The notes under the pieces are model-generated. The model saw nothing but the letters and a program-made list of their open reading frames with translations, had not been told where the DNA came from and made no database searches. A DNA stretch of 64,000 nt from Hydrurus foetidus (lineage: Eukaryota). The stretch is from NCBI GenBank assembly GCA_900617105.1, contig UYFQ01000732.1, forward strand, positions 1 to 64,000, read 5' to 3'. Shown here piece by piece: positions 37,388 through 47,141 of this stretch. A program made the position numbers and the translations under genes. Every line of letters begins with the position of its first letter. The stretch's first letter is position 1.

Positions 37388-38157
37388 ACGCCGAAGACAC
37401 GAATTTCTCCACCGGTTTCATCCCCACGGATCGGCGCTTCGACGACGAGGCTGGCGCACAGATGGAACGCTTTGTAGAAGACTTTGGCCGCATGTACCGC
37501 GAACGCAATGAGGCGCTGAAAGAGGTCACCCGCGCGCACCACGAAGCACTGATGCATCTTTCGATCGCGGCAGACCTCAGAGATGACGACACGGGCGTGC
37601 ACATCATCCGAATTGGCTATCTGGCAGAGGCGTTGGCTCTGTGTTTGGGACAGTCAAGAGGCTATGCCAGCATGTTGCGCAAGGCAGCCCCTATGCATGA
37701 CATCGGGAAGATTGGCATTCCTGACAATGTGTTGAAAAAGGCTGGGGCCCTCAACGCAGAAGAGCGGCAGACCATGAACCTTCACGCAAAAATGGGCGCC
37801 GACATTCTGGGGCGTTCACGCATAGAAGTTTTTCAGCTAGCAGCCGAAGTGGCGCTAACGCACCACGAGCGCTTTGACGGCAAGGGCTATCCGCACCAAC
37901 TCGCGGGTACAGACATTCCCCTGTCGGGTCGCATCACGGCCGTCGTGGACTTCTTTGACGCGCTGACTATGGACCGCGTGTACCGCCCCGCCTTCAGCCT
38001 GGAGAAGGCGCTCGAAATGCTGCTGGCAGAACGGGGGAAAGCGTTCGACCCTCGTTTGGTGGATGTGTTCATGGCGAACGTCTCGGATTTGGATCGCATT
38101 CGCTGCGACGTCACCCAGAGACGTCCGAATTTTTTGAGTCTCATCGACGCCCCCTGA
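37384..38157 (+). CDS. HD-GYP phosphodiesterase (RpfG-like output domain, no fused receiver)
   Basis: DDDTGVH, HDIGKIG, HHERFDGKGYP, DFFDALTMDRVY. Confidence 0.88.
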   Translation: MNAEDTNFSTGFIPTDRRFDDEAGAQMERFVEDFGRMYRERNEALKEVTRAHHEALMHLSIAADLRDDDTGVHIIRIGYLAEALALCLGQSRGYASMLRKAAPMHDIGKIGIPDNVLKKAGALNAEERQTMNLHAKMGADILGRSRIEVFQLAAEVALTHHERFDGKGYPHQLAGTDIPLSGRITAVVDFFDALTMDRVYRPAFSLEKALEMLLAERGKAFDPRLVDVFMANVSDLDRIRCDVTQRRPNFLSLIDAP

Positions 38158-38188
38158 TTGCAACGCTCAACAAACCAAGGAAACTACG

Positions 38189-38983
38189 ATGATGTCTTTG
38201 AAACACATTGCCTCTTGCCTGCTGCTGGCTGTGTGCTGCGCAACCCAACCCCTGCTGGCCGGGACCGTCTTGGACCGGGTCAAAACGCGTGGCGTGGTCA
38301 AGGCCTGCATTTGGCCCGACTACTACGGTGTCACCTACCGGCATCCGCGCACCCAGCAATTGGGCGGTATCGACATTGAACTGTCCGCCGAACTGGGCAA
38401 GGACCTGCATGCCAAGGTGGAATACGTGGAGTCGTCATTTGTGACGCTCATTGACGATTTGAAGAATGAACGTTGCGACGTTGCGATGTTCGCCGTCGGC
38501 ATACTGCCCCAGCGCATGGAACATCTGAAGTTCACCAAACCGTATCTCAGTAGCGATATTTACGGGGTCACCACCAAAAGCAATGCGGTGGTGAAACAGT
38601 GGAGTGACATTGACAAGCCTGGTGTGCTGGTCGCCGTGCAGGCGGGTACGTTCATGGAGCCCGTCATGGCCGAACGACTCAAGCAAGCGCAGACGGTCAT
38701 CATCAAACCGCCGGTCACGCGCGAGCGCGAGTTGGAGGCTGGTCGCGTCGATGTTTTTATGACGGACTACCCCTATAGTCGCCGCCTGCTGGACAACGCC
38801 GATTGGGCCAGATTGATATCACCACCCACTCCGTTCTTTGTCTTGCCTTATGCCTATGCGGTCAAGCCTGGCGACGAGAGCTGGCTGGCCACTCTGGACG
38901 ATTTTGTCGCGCGCATCAAACGGGATGGCCGTCTCGACAAAGCCGCCCAGAACAACGGACTGAGCCAGATCGTGGTGCATTGA
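38189..38983 (+). CDS. Family-3 (amino-acid-type) periplasmic solute-binding protein, orphan
   Basis: Signal peptide; LDRVKTRGVV, GIDIEL, FTKPY, GRVDVFMTD; no permease or ATPase adjacent. Confidence 0.85.
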   Translation: MMSLKHIASCLLLAVCCATQPLLAGTVLDRVKTRGVVKACIWPDYYGVTYRHPRTQQLGGIDIELSAELGKDLHAKVEYVESSFVTLIDDLKNERCDVAMFAVGILPQRMEHLKFTKPYLSSDIYGVTTKSNAVVKQWSDIDKPGVLVAVQAGTFMEPVMAERLKQAQTVIIKPPVTRERELEAGRVDVFMTDYPYSRRLLDNADWARLISPPTPFFVLPYAYAVKPGDESWLATLDDFVARIKRDGRLDKAAQNNGLSQIVVH

Positions 38984-38985
38984 GC

Positions 38986-41523
38986 ATGGCACGCAACGCG
39001 CAACGCGCTGTCGGCTCCGCGCCGCCCTCCCAGTGGAACTGGCGCAGCGGCAGCGTGACCGCGATCACCGTGGGTATTTTGGTTGCCGCCGGTATTTTGG
39101 CAGCGACGACTTGGGTCGCGCTGAATGACCGTAAGTCTGCTGTCGAAGCCGAACAAGGAAAGGCCGAACTGCTGGCGCGTGTGCTGGAAGAGCAAACCAG
39201 CCGCAGCATTGAAACGGGGTACCTGGCCCTGGCTTCGCTAAGTGAATCTCCTGTGTTGAACGCCGCCGTGGTTGACCGCACCAGAGGGGAAACAGCACTT
39301 TCTCAGGCGCTACTGGGCATCCCCTTTTTGCGTTCTCTGGCCATTTTGGATTCACGCGGGCAGGTGATTGCGAGTAGCGTGCGAGGCGAAAGCGGCATGC
39401 CCATCGATATGACAAGACTTGGCCCCATGGCCAAAGAGGGAAGAGATTCGCTGGGGCCTTACATCGTGGGCCGCAGCATCGCCATCCTGCGCAAGGATAT
39501 GGTGGCACCGCCGCCTCCCGCCGGAATCGGGTTTATTCCGCTGATGCGGGGCTACTCGAATGGCCAAGGCAAGGCCATGGTTCTGGTGGGTTTACTTAAC
39601 CCGGATTCTTTTTCCAATTTGCAGAAACTGTCCATCGGTGAAGAGCACTTCCACTCCATGCTGTTGAGTTACACCGGACAGGTACTTGCCGCATCGCGGC
39701 AAGGCGACCCCGCAGGTGGTGAGCAATTGAATGGCTTGCCTGTGTTCCAGTACTACCTGCCCGCACGTGAGCATGCGAGCTACGTTGGTGGGGGCCTGGA
39801 CCCAGGGCGGCAGATAGTCGCGTTCCGGGCGTCCCGTACCCTGCCCTTGGTGGTCATGGTGGAAGAGTCCTACGACGCGGCGGTCAGCCGCTGGCTGCGC
39901 CAAGCCATGGGCTATATTGCCGTGGGCGCGACGGCCATGGTGCTGGTACTCGCATTTTCCGTCGCAGTGTGGCGCAGCTTGCGCGGCCGTGAGATGGCAC
40001 AGCGCCAAACCCAGCGGGCCCAGCGGCGCATTGCCGACAGCGAGCGCGAGCTGGCTGTGCTGATGCGCAGTGTGCAGGAATTGATTTTTCGCACCGACGC
40101 GCAAGGAACCATTACCTTTGTCAATGCGCGCTGGGCCATGTTGAGCGGTGCTAGCGCTTCGGCCGCCATCGGCAAGCCGCTGACCGAGGTGATGGATCCA
40201 GCTTGCAGGGACGCCGTAGCCAGTCTCTTTGCGCCGTCGACCGCTGGCGTACGAACATGCCAGGCAGACGTAAAGATGGATGGGGCCAGGCCCCTGAAGT
40301 TTGAAGTGGCCGTGGTCCCTCTGATGGTGAGCGGCGTGGTAACCGGTTACGCCGGCAGTGCCATTGACGTCACCGACAAGGTGATGGCTCAACAGCAGTT
40401 GCAAGGAGAGCTTGCATTGCGCGAGCTGCTGCTGGAACTCAGCCCCCTACCCATTTCCATGACCGACCCCCATGGAAACATGGTGTTCGTCAACAAAGCC
40501 TGGGAAGAATACAAAGGGCAACCGCGCGCCCGGGTCATTGGCAAACGTGTTGCGGCATTTCTCCCCACCGATGAAGTGACGTTCCATACACGAGCGGATC
40601 AAATGCTGCTCCATGGAAAGCAGCCACAGGTCAGCTTTGAGACGAAAGTCTCGCACAGCGACGGCACCCGCCATGACACGCGCGTGATCAAAGCCATCGT
40701 GCCTGACGAGATGGGGCGTCCCTCCGGGATACTGAGCACGCTCGTGGATATCAGCGAGTTTCGGGCCGCCGAGCGAGCCACCCAAGACGCCCGCGATGCG
40801 TCAGAAGAGGCCGCGCGCTCCAAAGCTGAATTTGTGGCCAACATGAGCCATGAGTTGCGAACACCGCTGCAGTCCATCTTGGGCTTTTCAGAACTCGGCA
40901 TAGCGCGCGGCAAAGATGCGCCGCGCCTGGCTGGCATGTTCGGGGACATCCACTCCGCGGGTGCTCACATGCTGGCACTGGTCAACGACTTGCTGGACGT
41001 GGCAAAAATTGAAAGTACGGTAGGCACCTTTCATTTGGAGCGCATCGACCTGCGCAGCATCATCCGGCCACTGGTGCGGGAGCTGGAGCCGTTGCTCATG
41101 AAGCAGCAGCTTCGTCTGGACGTGCATTTCGCTGAGGAGCCATTGGTGGCCAAGGCTGACCCCATCCGCTTTCAGCAGGCCATTCGCAATGTGGTGGCAA
41201 ATGCAATGCGCTTCTCGCCCCCAGGTTCTGCCATCGAGCTGACAGGCCAAGTGGACACTGGCGGCCAGATCCACATCGTGATTCGGGACCATGGGCCGGG
41301 CATCCCTGAAGAGGAATTGGAGACAATTTTTGAAGCTTTTGTGCAGTCCAGCAAGACCAAGGATGGATCCGGTGGCACCGGCTTGGGACTCGCGATTTGC
41401 CGCAAAATCCTGGAAACGATGGGCGGAAAAATCTACGCCCGCAATCCCAGCCGTGGTGGTGCAGCATTCCACATTCTGATGCCCACCAAACAATCAGGTG
41501 ATACGGTACCTGCGCCTTTGTGA
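38986..41523 (+). CDS. Sensor histidine kinase: dCache-like, 2 PAS, HisKA, HATPase
   Basis: Two TMs; FVANMSHELRTPL; NVVANA, DHGPG, GGTGLGL. Confidence 0.9.
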   Translation: MARNAQRAVGSAPPSQWNWRSGSVTAITVGILVAAGILAATTWVALNDRKSAVEAEQGKAELLARVLEEQTSRSIETGYLALASLSESPVLNAAVVDRTRGETALSQALLGIPFLRSLAILDSRGQVIASSVRGESGMPIDMTRLGPMAKEGRDSLGPYIVGRSIAILRKDMVAPPPPAGIGFIPLMRGYSNGQGKAMVLVGLLNPDSFSNLQKLSIGEEHFHSMLLSYTGQVLAASRQGDPAGGEQLNGLPVFQYYLPAREHASYVGGGLDPGRQIVAFRASRTLPLVVMVEESYDAAVSRWLRQAMGYIAVGATAMVLVLAFSVAVWRSLRGREMAQRQTQRAQRRIADSERELAVLMRSVQELIFRTDAQGTITFVNARWAMLSGASASAAIGKPLTEVMDPACRDAVASLFAPSTAGVRTCQADVKMDGARPLKFEVAVVPLMVSGVVTGYAGSAIDVTDKVMAQQQLQGELALRELLLELSPLPISMTDPHGNMVFVNKAWEEYKGQPRARVIGKRVAAFLPTDEVTFHTRADQMLLHGKQPQVSFETKVSHSDGTRHDTRVIKAIVPDEMGRPSGILSTLVDISEFRAAERATQDARDASEEAARSKAEFVANMSHELRTPLQSILGFSELGIARGKDAPRLAGMFGDIHSAGAHMLALVNDLLDVAKIESTVGTFHLERIDLRSIIRPLVRELEPLLMKQQLRLDVHFAEEPLVAKADPIRFQQAIRNVVANAMRFSPPGSAIELTGQVDTGGQIHIVIRDHGPGIPEEELETIFEAFVQSSKTKDGSGGTGLGLAICRKILETMGGKIYARNPSRGGAAFHILMPTKQSGDTVPAPL

Positions 41524-41550
41524 GCCGACGTCCGCAACATCGATAGTAGT

Positions 41551-41606
41551 AGAAACAACCGCTAGCCCCCGTGCTTATTGCGCAAGCAGCTTCTTTTTTG
41601 ATAGCA
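41551..41606 (+). repeat. 56-bp dispersed repeat, copy 5
   Basis: agaaacaaccgctagcccccgtgcttattgcgcaagcagcttcttttttgatagca. Confidence 0.85.
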
Positions 41607-41658
41607 GACCGCGGTTCGAATTCGGCGGGCTGCCGATGACAGACCACCGCATGTCTGG

Positions 41659-42234
41659 CTAGGCTTGGACGCGAAGACTCAGACGTTGCAGATGCGCCAT
41701 GGCGTGCACGGGCGAAGGAGGCCATCCTCCGTAGGCGGCGAAAACCAGGGTGGGCAAGCGCTCCTGGCGATCGCGCGGGCTACCAACGGCCTCGAAGAAC
41801 CTCGATTCTTCCTCTGAAGCGACAAGAACATCGAACGCCACGCACTTTCCATCCTCGCCAACTTCGCGTGCCAAGCGAATGTCACGAATGTGCGCCCAGG
41901 GAACTGCCAGCCACGCTTCGGGCCGCTGCATCTTGGTTGAAAGCGTGAGCGGCGGATAAAAAGGGAAGTGCATCCCCTCCTCGTTGGCGATGAACCGCAC
42001 CGTTTGTTGCCAAGGGCCAGACCAGATGGCACCAGCGAGCAGTGCAGGAATCAGCAGTGCAGCCAAGACGCGCGCCTGCAACGGCATGGCCTGCCAATGC
42101 TGGGCCGACAGAACGGCGGTGGCGCTACCTGCCAACAAAACAACTGCGCGAAAAGCAAAGACCAGCCACAGAGGCACACCAAATGTGTAGGTCCGTGGAG
42201 TTTCTTCCGGTCGCTGGGAGAGTATGCGGTTCAT
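41659..42234 (-). CDS. Hypothetical membrane protein (2 TM plus PH-like soluble part)
   Basis: Two hydrophobic helices, then ANEEGMHF...VPWAHIRDI; start uncertain. Confidence 0.6.
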   Translation of the reverse strand: MNRILSQRPEETPRTYTFGVPLWLVFAFRAVVLLAGSATAVLSAQHWQAMPLQARVLAALLIPALLAGAIWSGPWQQTVRFIANEEGMHFPFYPPLTLSTKMQRPEAWLAVPWAHIRDIRLAREVGEDGKCVAFDVLVASEEESRFFEAVGSPRDRQERLPTLVFAAYGGWPPSPVHAMAHLQRLSLRVQA

Positions 42235-42432
42235 AAGCGGTCCCGGAGCCGAAATACGTCGACTCATCGATTCAACAAAAGCCATGCAAACGAGCAAACT
42301 GTAGTCGGCATTGACATTACTGGCTAAACGACCAGCACTGAGAAAAACATCACGATTGCTGCATCGCAACAATCGGAGTAGTTGCAATGGCGTCAGGTCT
42401 TCACATTTGTTTGAACTTCAGGAGTAAACACC

Positions 42433-42654
42433 ATGGGCAAGAAAACGGAAAAACTGCAGCGCGTCGTCAAAAAATTGGCCGGCCGCTATGGCGCAGATGA
42501 CAAGGACGTTTTGCGCCTTGCCTCAGAGCTGAAAGCGCTGGAAACCCTGGAGTCACGCCGCCCCGAGCGTCGCTCTTACAAAGCGGCGGACTTTAAATTC
42601 CAGACGCCCGCCAAGCAATTGTTCTTCGGCTCTGACGAGCCACGCAGTCACTAA
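42433..42654 (+). CDS. Small basic hypothetical protein
   Basis: AGGAG RBS; 73 aa; host-like codon usage. Confidence 0.6.
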   Translation: MGKKTEKLQRVVKKLAGRYGADDKDVLRLASELKALETLESRRPERRSYKAADFKFQTPAKQLFFGSDEPRSH

Positions 42655-43265
42655 GCGCCATTCTTGGATGTGCGACGCCGTGCAGCGGCGCCCACCAGAC
42701 CCAGCCCCATGAGCAGCATGGCGTAGGACTCGGGTTCTGGCACGGCGCTGATGTTGTCCAGGCCCACCACGTTGGCTGCACCGGTAAGGTCGAACGATCG
42801 CGCCGTGCCATTGAAGTTCAAGGTCACAGATTTCCAGACGCTGTAGTCGGCGTCGGTGGACGCAAGGCTGAAGCTGCCCAGCAGTGCGCCCGAGCCATTC
42901 AGGCCGGAATACACATTGATGGCACCAGCCACTGCAACAGGGCTGGAGTAGTAGAACGAAAGCCCGTGGTCTACGCCGGACGCCACGTTCATGTAAGCAC
43001 TGGTGTTGAACACACCGTCGAGCTGAACAAAGCCAACGCCCAGCGGCGACGGTGCGCCGGCGTAGTGGTCACCATTGGTCAAACCACCCAGGCCGTCGTT
43101 GTTGGACAGGCCCAAGACGTTGGTGAACGTCACCCCCAGCGGCGAATAGGTGTTGTCCACTGCGGCGCCGTAGTCCCAGCTATTCTCAAAATCCACCAAA
43201 AATGGAGTGCCCGCAAAAACGGGGGCGGAGGCGGCGAATGCCATGGCTGCGAGAAAATATTTCAT
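42651..43265 (-). CDS. PEP-CTERM sorting-domain protein
   Basis: Signal peptide; C-terminal VPEPESYAMLLMGLGLVGAAARRR. Confidence 0.9.
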   Translation of the reverse strand: MKYFLAAMAFAASAPVFAGTPFLVDFENSWDYGAAVDNTYSPLGVTFTNVLGLSNNDGLGGLTNGDHYAGAPSPLGVGFVQLDGVFNTSAYMNVASGVDHGLSFYYSSPVAVAGAINVYSGLNGSGALLGSFSLASTDADYSVWKSVTLNFNGTARSFDLTGAANVVGLDNISAVPEPESYAMLLMGLGLVGAAARRRTSKNGA

Positions 43266-43615
43266 CAAACACCGTCCTGGGTAGAGTTGGATGCGCCCCA
43301 TTGTTCACACGCGTGTTTCAGCGCCGTGACACGCTCCAGAACACTTGCGCATTCCCTGCACATTGGCCACCCAAGTGACCCGGCCGTATTCCCCAACGGA
43401 CAGGTACACCACCTCTGTGGTTTTTCATGGTGCCACGGTGGTGCCCATGCGCTGACACGCGTAGGTAACGCGCAGATATCGGGGTCAGAAAAAAGCACGT
43501 CGATTGAACAATCTATGGGCTGTCTTACCTGCACTTTTACTGCTTCCGAAAATATTGAGACAATAGAGGCCTGTTCAAGCTCTTGAACAGATAACAAAAC
43601 AGGAAAATAAATCAA

Positions 43616-43960
43616 ATGGCAACTGCAAAAAAAACGGCCCCTAAAGCCGCAACGACAAAGAACAAAACTACAGCTCCTGCGCAAGCAAAGAAGACTGTGG
43701 TGAAGGCTACCGCCAAGAAAGCTCCCGTCTCCAAGACTGCCAAGGCCATTGAAAAGCTGACCGCCAACATTGCCAAGCTGACAGAACGCAAGAACAAGCT
43801 GGGCACTGAAATCAATGCTCTACGTGACCAACGCGCCGCGTTGAAAGCAGCCCCCGTTGCTGCAGCTCCTGCGGCTCCTGCCGCTCCCAAGGCAAAGGCC
43901 AAGCCTGCTGCCAAAGCTGCTGCTCCTGCGAAGAAAGCAAAGCCTGCTGCGAAAAAGTAA
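43616..43960 (+). CDS. Lys/Ala-rich histone H1-like protein with central coiled coil
   Basis: AKKTAPKA and PAAK tails flanking the heptad IEKLTANIAKLTERKNKLGTEINAL. Confidence 0.75.
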   Translation: MATAKKTAPKAATTKNKTTAPAQAKKTVVKATAKKAPVSKTAKAIEKLTANIAKLTERKNKLGTEINALRDQRAALKAAPVAAAPAAPAAPKAKAKPAAKAAAPAKKAKPAAKK

Positions 43961-43987
43961 GGCGCTCTGGCGACCTCGTCGCCAAGT

Positions 43988-44018
43988 AAAAAATGGCCCC
44001 GATTGGGGCCATTTTTTT
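43988..44018. terminator. Bidirectional intrinsic terminator
   Basis: AAAAAATGGCCCC-gatt-GGGGCCATTTTTTT between convergent genes. Confidence 0.9.
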
Positions 44019-44032
44019 ATGGGGTTTTCAAA

Positions 44033-45208
44033 TTACGCCTGGTAGCCATACAACCAGGGCACGTCCAGCACCTGCTGCCCCAGCAGCTTGAGCGAGATGT
44101 CGCGCCCCATGCGCAGCGGGCCGCGCAAATGGAAGATCTCGCCGTTGCGAATGGCCCGGGCCTGCACACGCGCATTGCGCCGCCAGCGGGCCTGCGCGTA
44201 GTGGGCCAGCGCGGCGGGCACATCGGTGGCGTGCGCCTGTACCGACATCACCAGCTGCTGCGCATCTTCAATTGCCATGCCTGCCCCCTGCGCCATGTAG
44301 GGGCGCATGGGGTGGGCCGCGTCGCCCAGCAAAGCAATGCGGCGCTGGGCTTGCTGCGCGGCACTGGTCATGGGCGGGCGGTCGTACAACGGCCACAGAC
44401 GCCAGTCGTCAATCGCGTGGATCAGGTCCAGCAGCGGCGCCTGCGCATTGGCCAGGCGGGCGCGCAATTCTGCGGCATTGGCGCTGTGGTCCCATGACGT
44501 AGGGTCGCCCTCGGTCTGCCCCTGCACGATGGCCACCACGTTGAGCCACGCGCCACCGCGCACCGGGTACTGCACCACATGGAATTTCGGGCCCAGCCAG
44601 GCCGTAACAGCCGGGCTGCGCAGCGCAGCGGGCAAGGCGTCTTGGCGCACCATGGCCCGAAATGCCAGATGGCCGGTAGACCGGGGTGGGGCTTTGGGAT
44701 GCAGATGCTCGCGCACCCGACTCCATAAACCATCAGCCCCCACCAGCAGCGGTGTGGTCAGCAAGTGGCCTTGGGCCGTGTGCAGCTGCACGCCCAGTGC
44801 GTCCTCTTGAATATGGGTGAGTGCGGTGGCCAGCTGCAGCGACACGCCGTAGGTCTGCACGGCCTGCAGCAGCAGACCATGCAAATCAGCCCGCGCCAAC
44901 GTGGCATACGCCGCGCCGTACTGCGCCAGGGCCCGCGCGCCCAGCGGCAACACACCCAGGGTTTTGGCGGTCAGCGCGTTGCGCACTTCCAGCTGGGTGG
45001 GATAGGCAGCCACGCTGCGCAGCGCATCCCCCAACCCCCAGCCTTCCAGCACCTTGACTACGTTGGGGCCCAGCTGGATGCCCGCCCCCACCTCGCCAAA
45101 CACGGGCGCCTGCTCCACCAGCCGCACAGCCATGCCGGCGCGCGCCGCGGCAAACGCCGCTGCCAGGCCACCAATGCCCCCGCCCACAATCGCCATTGCT
45201 TGTTCCAT
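44033..45208 (-). CDS. FAD-dependent monooxygenase (salicylate/3-hydroxybenzoate hydroxylase-like)
   Basis: GGGIGG, GAGIQLGPN, GADG, LLGDAAHPMRPYMAQGA. Confidence 0.9.
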   Translation of the reverse strand: MEQAMAIVGGGIGGLAAAFAAARAGMAVRLVEQAPVFGEVGAGIQLGPNVVKVLEGWGLGDALRSVAAYPTQLEVRNALTAKTLGVLPLGARALAQYGAAYATLARADLHGLLLQAVQTYGVSLQLATALTHIQEDALGVQLHTAQGHLLTTPLLVGADGLWSRVREHLHPKAPPRSTGHLAFRAMVRQDALPAALRSPAVTAWLGPKFHVVQYPVRGGAWLNVVAIVQGQTEGDPTSWDHSANAAELRARLANAQAPLLDLIHAIDDWRLWPLYDRPPMTSAAQQAQRRIALLGDAAHPMRPYMAQGAGMAIEDAQQLVMSVQAHATDVPAALAHYAQARWRRNARVQARAIRNGEIFHLRGPLRMGRDISLKLLGQQVLDVPWLYGYQA

Positions 45209-45229
45209 ACCGCCATTCTCCCCCGCCCG

Positions 45230-45694
45230 CTAGTGCACGCCGCGGTGCGCCTTGCCGTGGCTGCCATGCACATGGCCCACGGATACGGTGGAAGGTGTTG
45301 CCGCCCCCTCAGACAGCCCCTGCAAGATGCCGCAGTGCGCCGCGTCTTGCACACCCTGGCACTGGGCGCGCAGGGCCTTGAGCTGCTTTTCCAGCTGGCG
45401 CAGTTCGCGCACGCGCTGGGCCACATGGCCGATGTGCGCATCCAGCAGGGCATTCACATCGGCACAGTTGTCTTCGGGTGCATCCTGAAACGCCAGCAAC
45501 GCGCGGATCTCCTGCAGCGTCATGTCCAGGCTGCGGCAGTGGCGCACAAACTGCAGGCGCTGCGCGTGGTGGGCTTCGTAGACGCGGTAGTTGGCGTCGG
45601 TGCGCACCGGCGCGGGCAGCAGGCCCTCGCGCTCGTAGTAACGGATGGTTTCCACCGGGGTGCCGGTGGTAGTGGCCAGTTCACCGATTTTCAT
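45230..45694 (-). CDS. cadR: Cd(II)/Pb(II)-responsive MerR-family regulator
   Basis: MKIGELA...ETIRYYE; three conserved Cys (NC, QC, CGIL); His-rich tail. Confidence 0.88.
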   Translation of the reverse strand: MKIGELATTTGTPVETIRYYEREGLLPAPVRTDANYRVYEAHHAQRLQFVRHCRSLDMTLQEIRALLAFQDAPEDNCADVNALLDAHIGHVAQRVRELRQLEKQLKALRAQCQGVQDAAHCGILQGLSEGAATPSTVSVGHVHGSHGKAHRGVH

Positions 45695-45732
45695 GGGATG
45701 CGTCCTTCCAAAACCCTGCTGAAGTATAGGAC

Positions 45733-45763
45733 TTGACTCTGAAGTGGCTTCAGGGTTTCCAAT
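45733..45763 (+). promoter_or_regulatory. CadR/PbrR-type promoter-operator
   Basis: TTGACT-19 bp-TCCAAT with dyad CTGAAG-tgg-CTTCAG. Confidence 0.85.
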
Positions 45764-45785
45764 ACAGTCATTGACAAGGAAAACC

Positions 45786-46448
45786 ATGAGCCAACACTGC
45801 TGCGAACACGACACCCCTGCCATTGAAACTCTGAACAACCCAGCGCGCTACCGCCGCATCCTGTGGATCGCGCTGGTCATCAACGCCGCCATGTTTGGTG
45901 TGGAGCTGGCCGCCGGCTGGCGCTCGGGGTCACTGTCGCTGCTGGCCGATGCGATTGACTTTGCGGGCGATGCGCTGAACTACGGCGTGTCGCTGGCCGT
46001 GCTGTCGGCCGCACTGGCCTGGCGTGCACGCGCCGCCGTGGTCAAAGCCGCATGCATGATGGGCTTTGGCCTGCTGGTGCTGGGCAAAGCCATCTGGAGC
46101 GTGTGGCAAGGCGGTGTGCCCGATGCCGCCACCATGGGCGCGGTGGGCTTTTTGGCGCTGGTAGCCAACGTGGCGGTGGCCTGGATGCTCTATGCGTTCC
46201 GCGAGGGCGATGCCAACATGCGCAGCGTGTGGCTGTGCTCGCGCAACGACGCCATTGGCAACATCGCCGTGATGCTGGCCGCGCTGGGCGTGGTGGGCAC
46301 CAACAGCCAGTGGCCCGACCTGCTGGTCGCCGCAGGCATGGCCGCCTTGGCCCTGCAAGGCGGCTGGCAAGTCATGCGGCAAGCACGGGCGGAGCTGGCA
46401 CAGCCTGGTCATGGCGGGGGCCATGACCACCATGGGCATTCCCACTGA
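45786..46448 (+). CDS. Short CDF-family cation transporter (no C-terminal domain)
   Basis: LLADAIDFAGD, DANMRSVWLCSRND; CC at the N-terminus and His-rich C-terminus. Confidence 0.88.
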   Translation: MSQHCCEHDTPAIETLNNPARYRRILWIALVINAAMFGVELAAGWRSGSLSLLADAIDFAGDALNYGVSLAVLSAALAWRARAAVVKAACMMGFGLLVLGKAIWSVWQGGVPDAATMGAVGFLALVANVAVAWMLYAFREGDANMRSVWLCSRNDAIGNIAVMLAALGVVGTNSQWPDLLVAAGMAALALQGGWQVMRQARAELAQPGHGGGHDHHGHSH

Positions 46449-46455
46449 GTAGTTT

Positions 46456-47100
46456 TTAGTTCGCCACCGTAAACCGCTTCTGCACATGCGCGGGCTTTTC
46501 GATCTCATCGACGATAGCCACCGCCATGTCTTGTACCGAAATGCTGCCGGGCCCGCCGCCCTCTGCCCACAGAGGCGCGTCGGCGCCCGGGCGGTATTGG
46601 CCGGTGCGCACGCCCGGGTTCAGCAGCATGGCGGGTGACAGGAAGGTCCAGTCCAGCGTGGTTTCTTTCTGAATCAGGTTCAGCGCGTCACGGGCGGCGC
46701 CGGCTGCCACCTTGTATTCAGCGGGGAACTCGGGCGTGTCCACCAGCTGCACGCCGGGCGCAACAAACAGGCTGCCTGCGCCACCGACCATCAAAAAGCG
46801 CTTCACACCCGATTGCTTCACGCCCGCAAAGATGGCGTGCGTGGCTTGCAAGAAGATTTCGGCAATCTTGGGTTCGGTCCAGCCAGGGTTGTAGGCGCTG
46901 ATGACGGCGTCGTGGCCAGCAGCGGCCTTGGCTACCTGGGCGGCGTCCAGTGCGTCGGCGGCCACCACGGTCAGGCCGGTTTGGGCAGGCAGCTTGCCAG
47001 GGTTGCGGGCCAGCACGGTGACCTGGTGGCCGCGGCTCAGCAGTTCAGCCAATACGGGGGTGCCCACAAAACCGGTGGCGCCAATCAAAGCGATTTTCAT
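46456..47100 (-). CDS. NAD(P)H-binding oxidoreductase (flavin reductase-like)
   Basis: IGATGFVG, VGGAGSL, WTFLSP. Confidence 0.88.
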   Translation of the reverse strand: MKIALIGATGFVGTPVLAELLSRGHQVTVLARNPGKLPAQTGLTVVAADALDAAQVAKAAAGHDAVISAYNPGWTEPKIAEIFLQATHAIFAGVKQSGVKRFLMVGGAGSLFVAPGVQLVDTPEFPAEYKVAAGAARDALNLIQKETTLDWTFLSPAMLLNPGVRTGQYRPGADAPLWAEGGGPGSISVQDMAVAIVDEIEKPAHVQKRFTVAN

Positions 47101-47141
47101 AACAAACTCCTGTGAAAAAACGAATAAGAAACCGAAGCCCC

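Noticed and set aside
42353..42375. CGATTG-N11-CAATCG dyad containing TGC-rich, PhaR-box-like sequence
   Set aside because: Short and degenerate, with no PHA gene nearby to support it.
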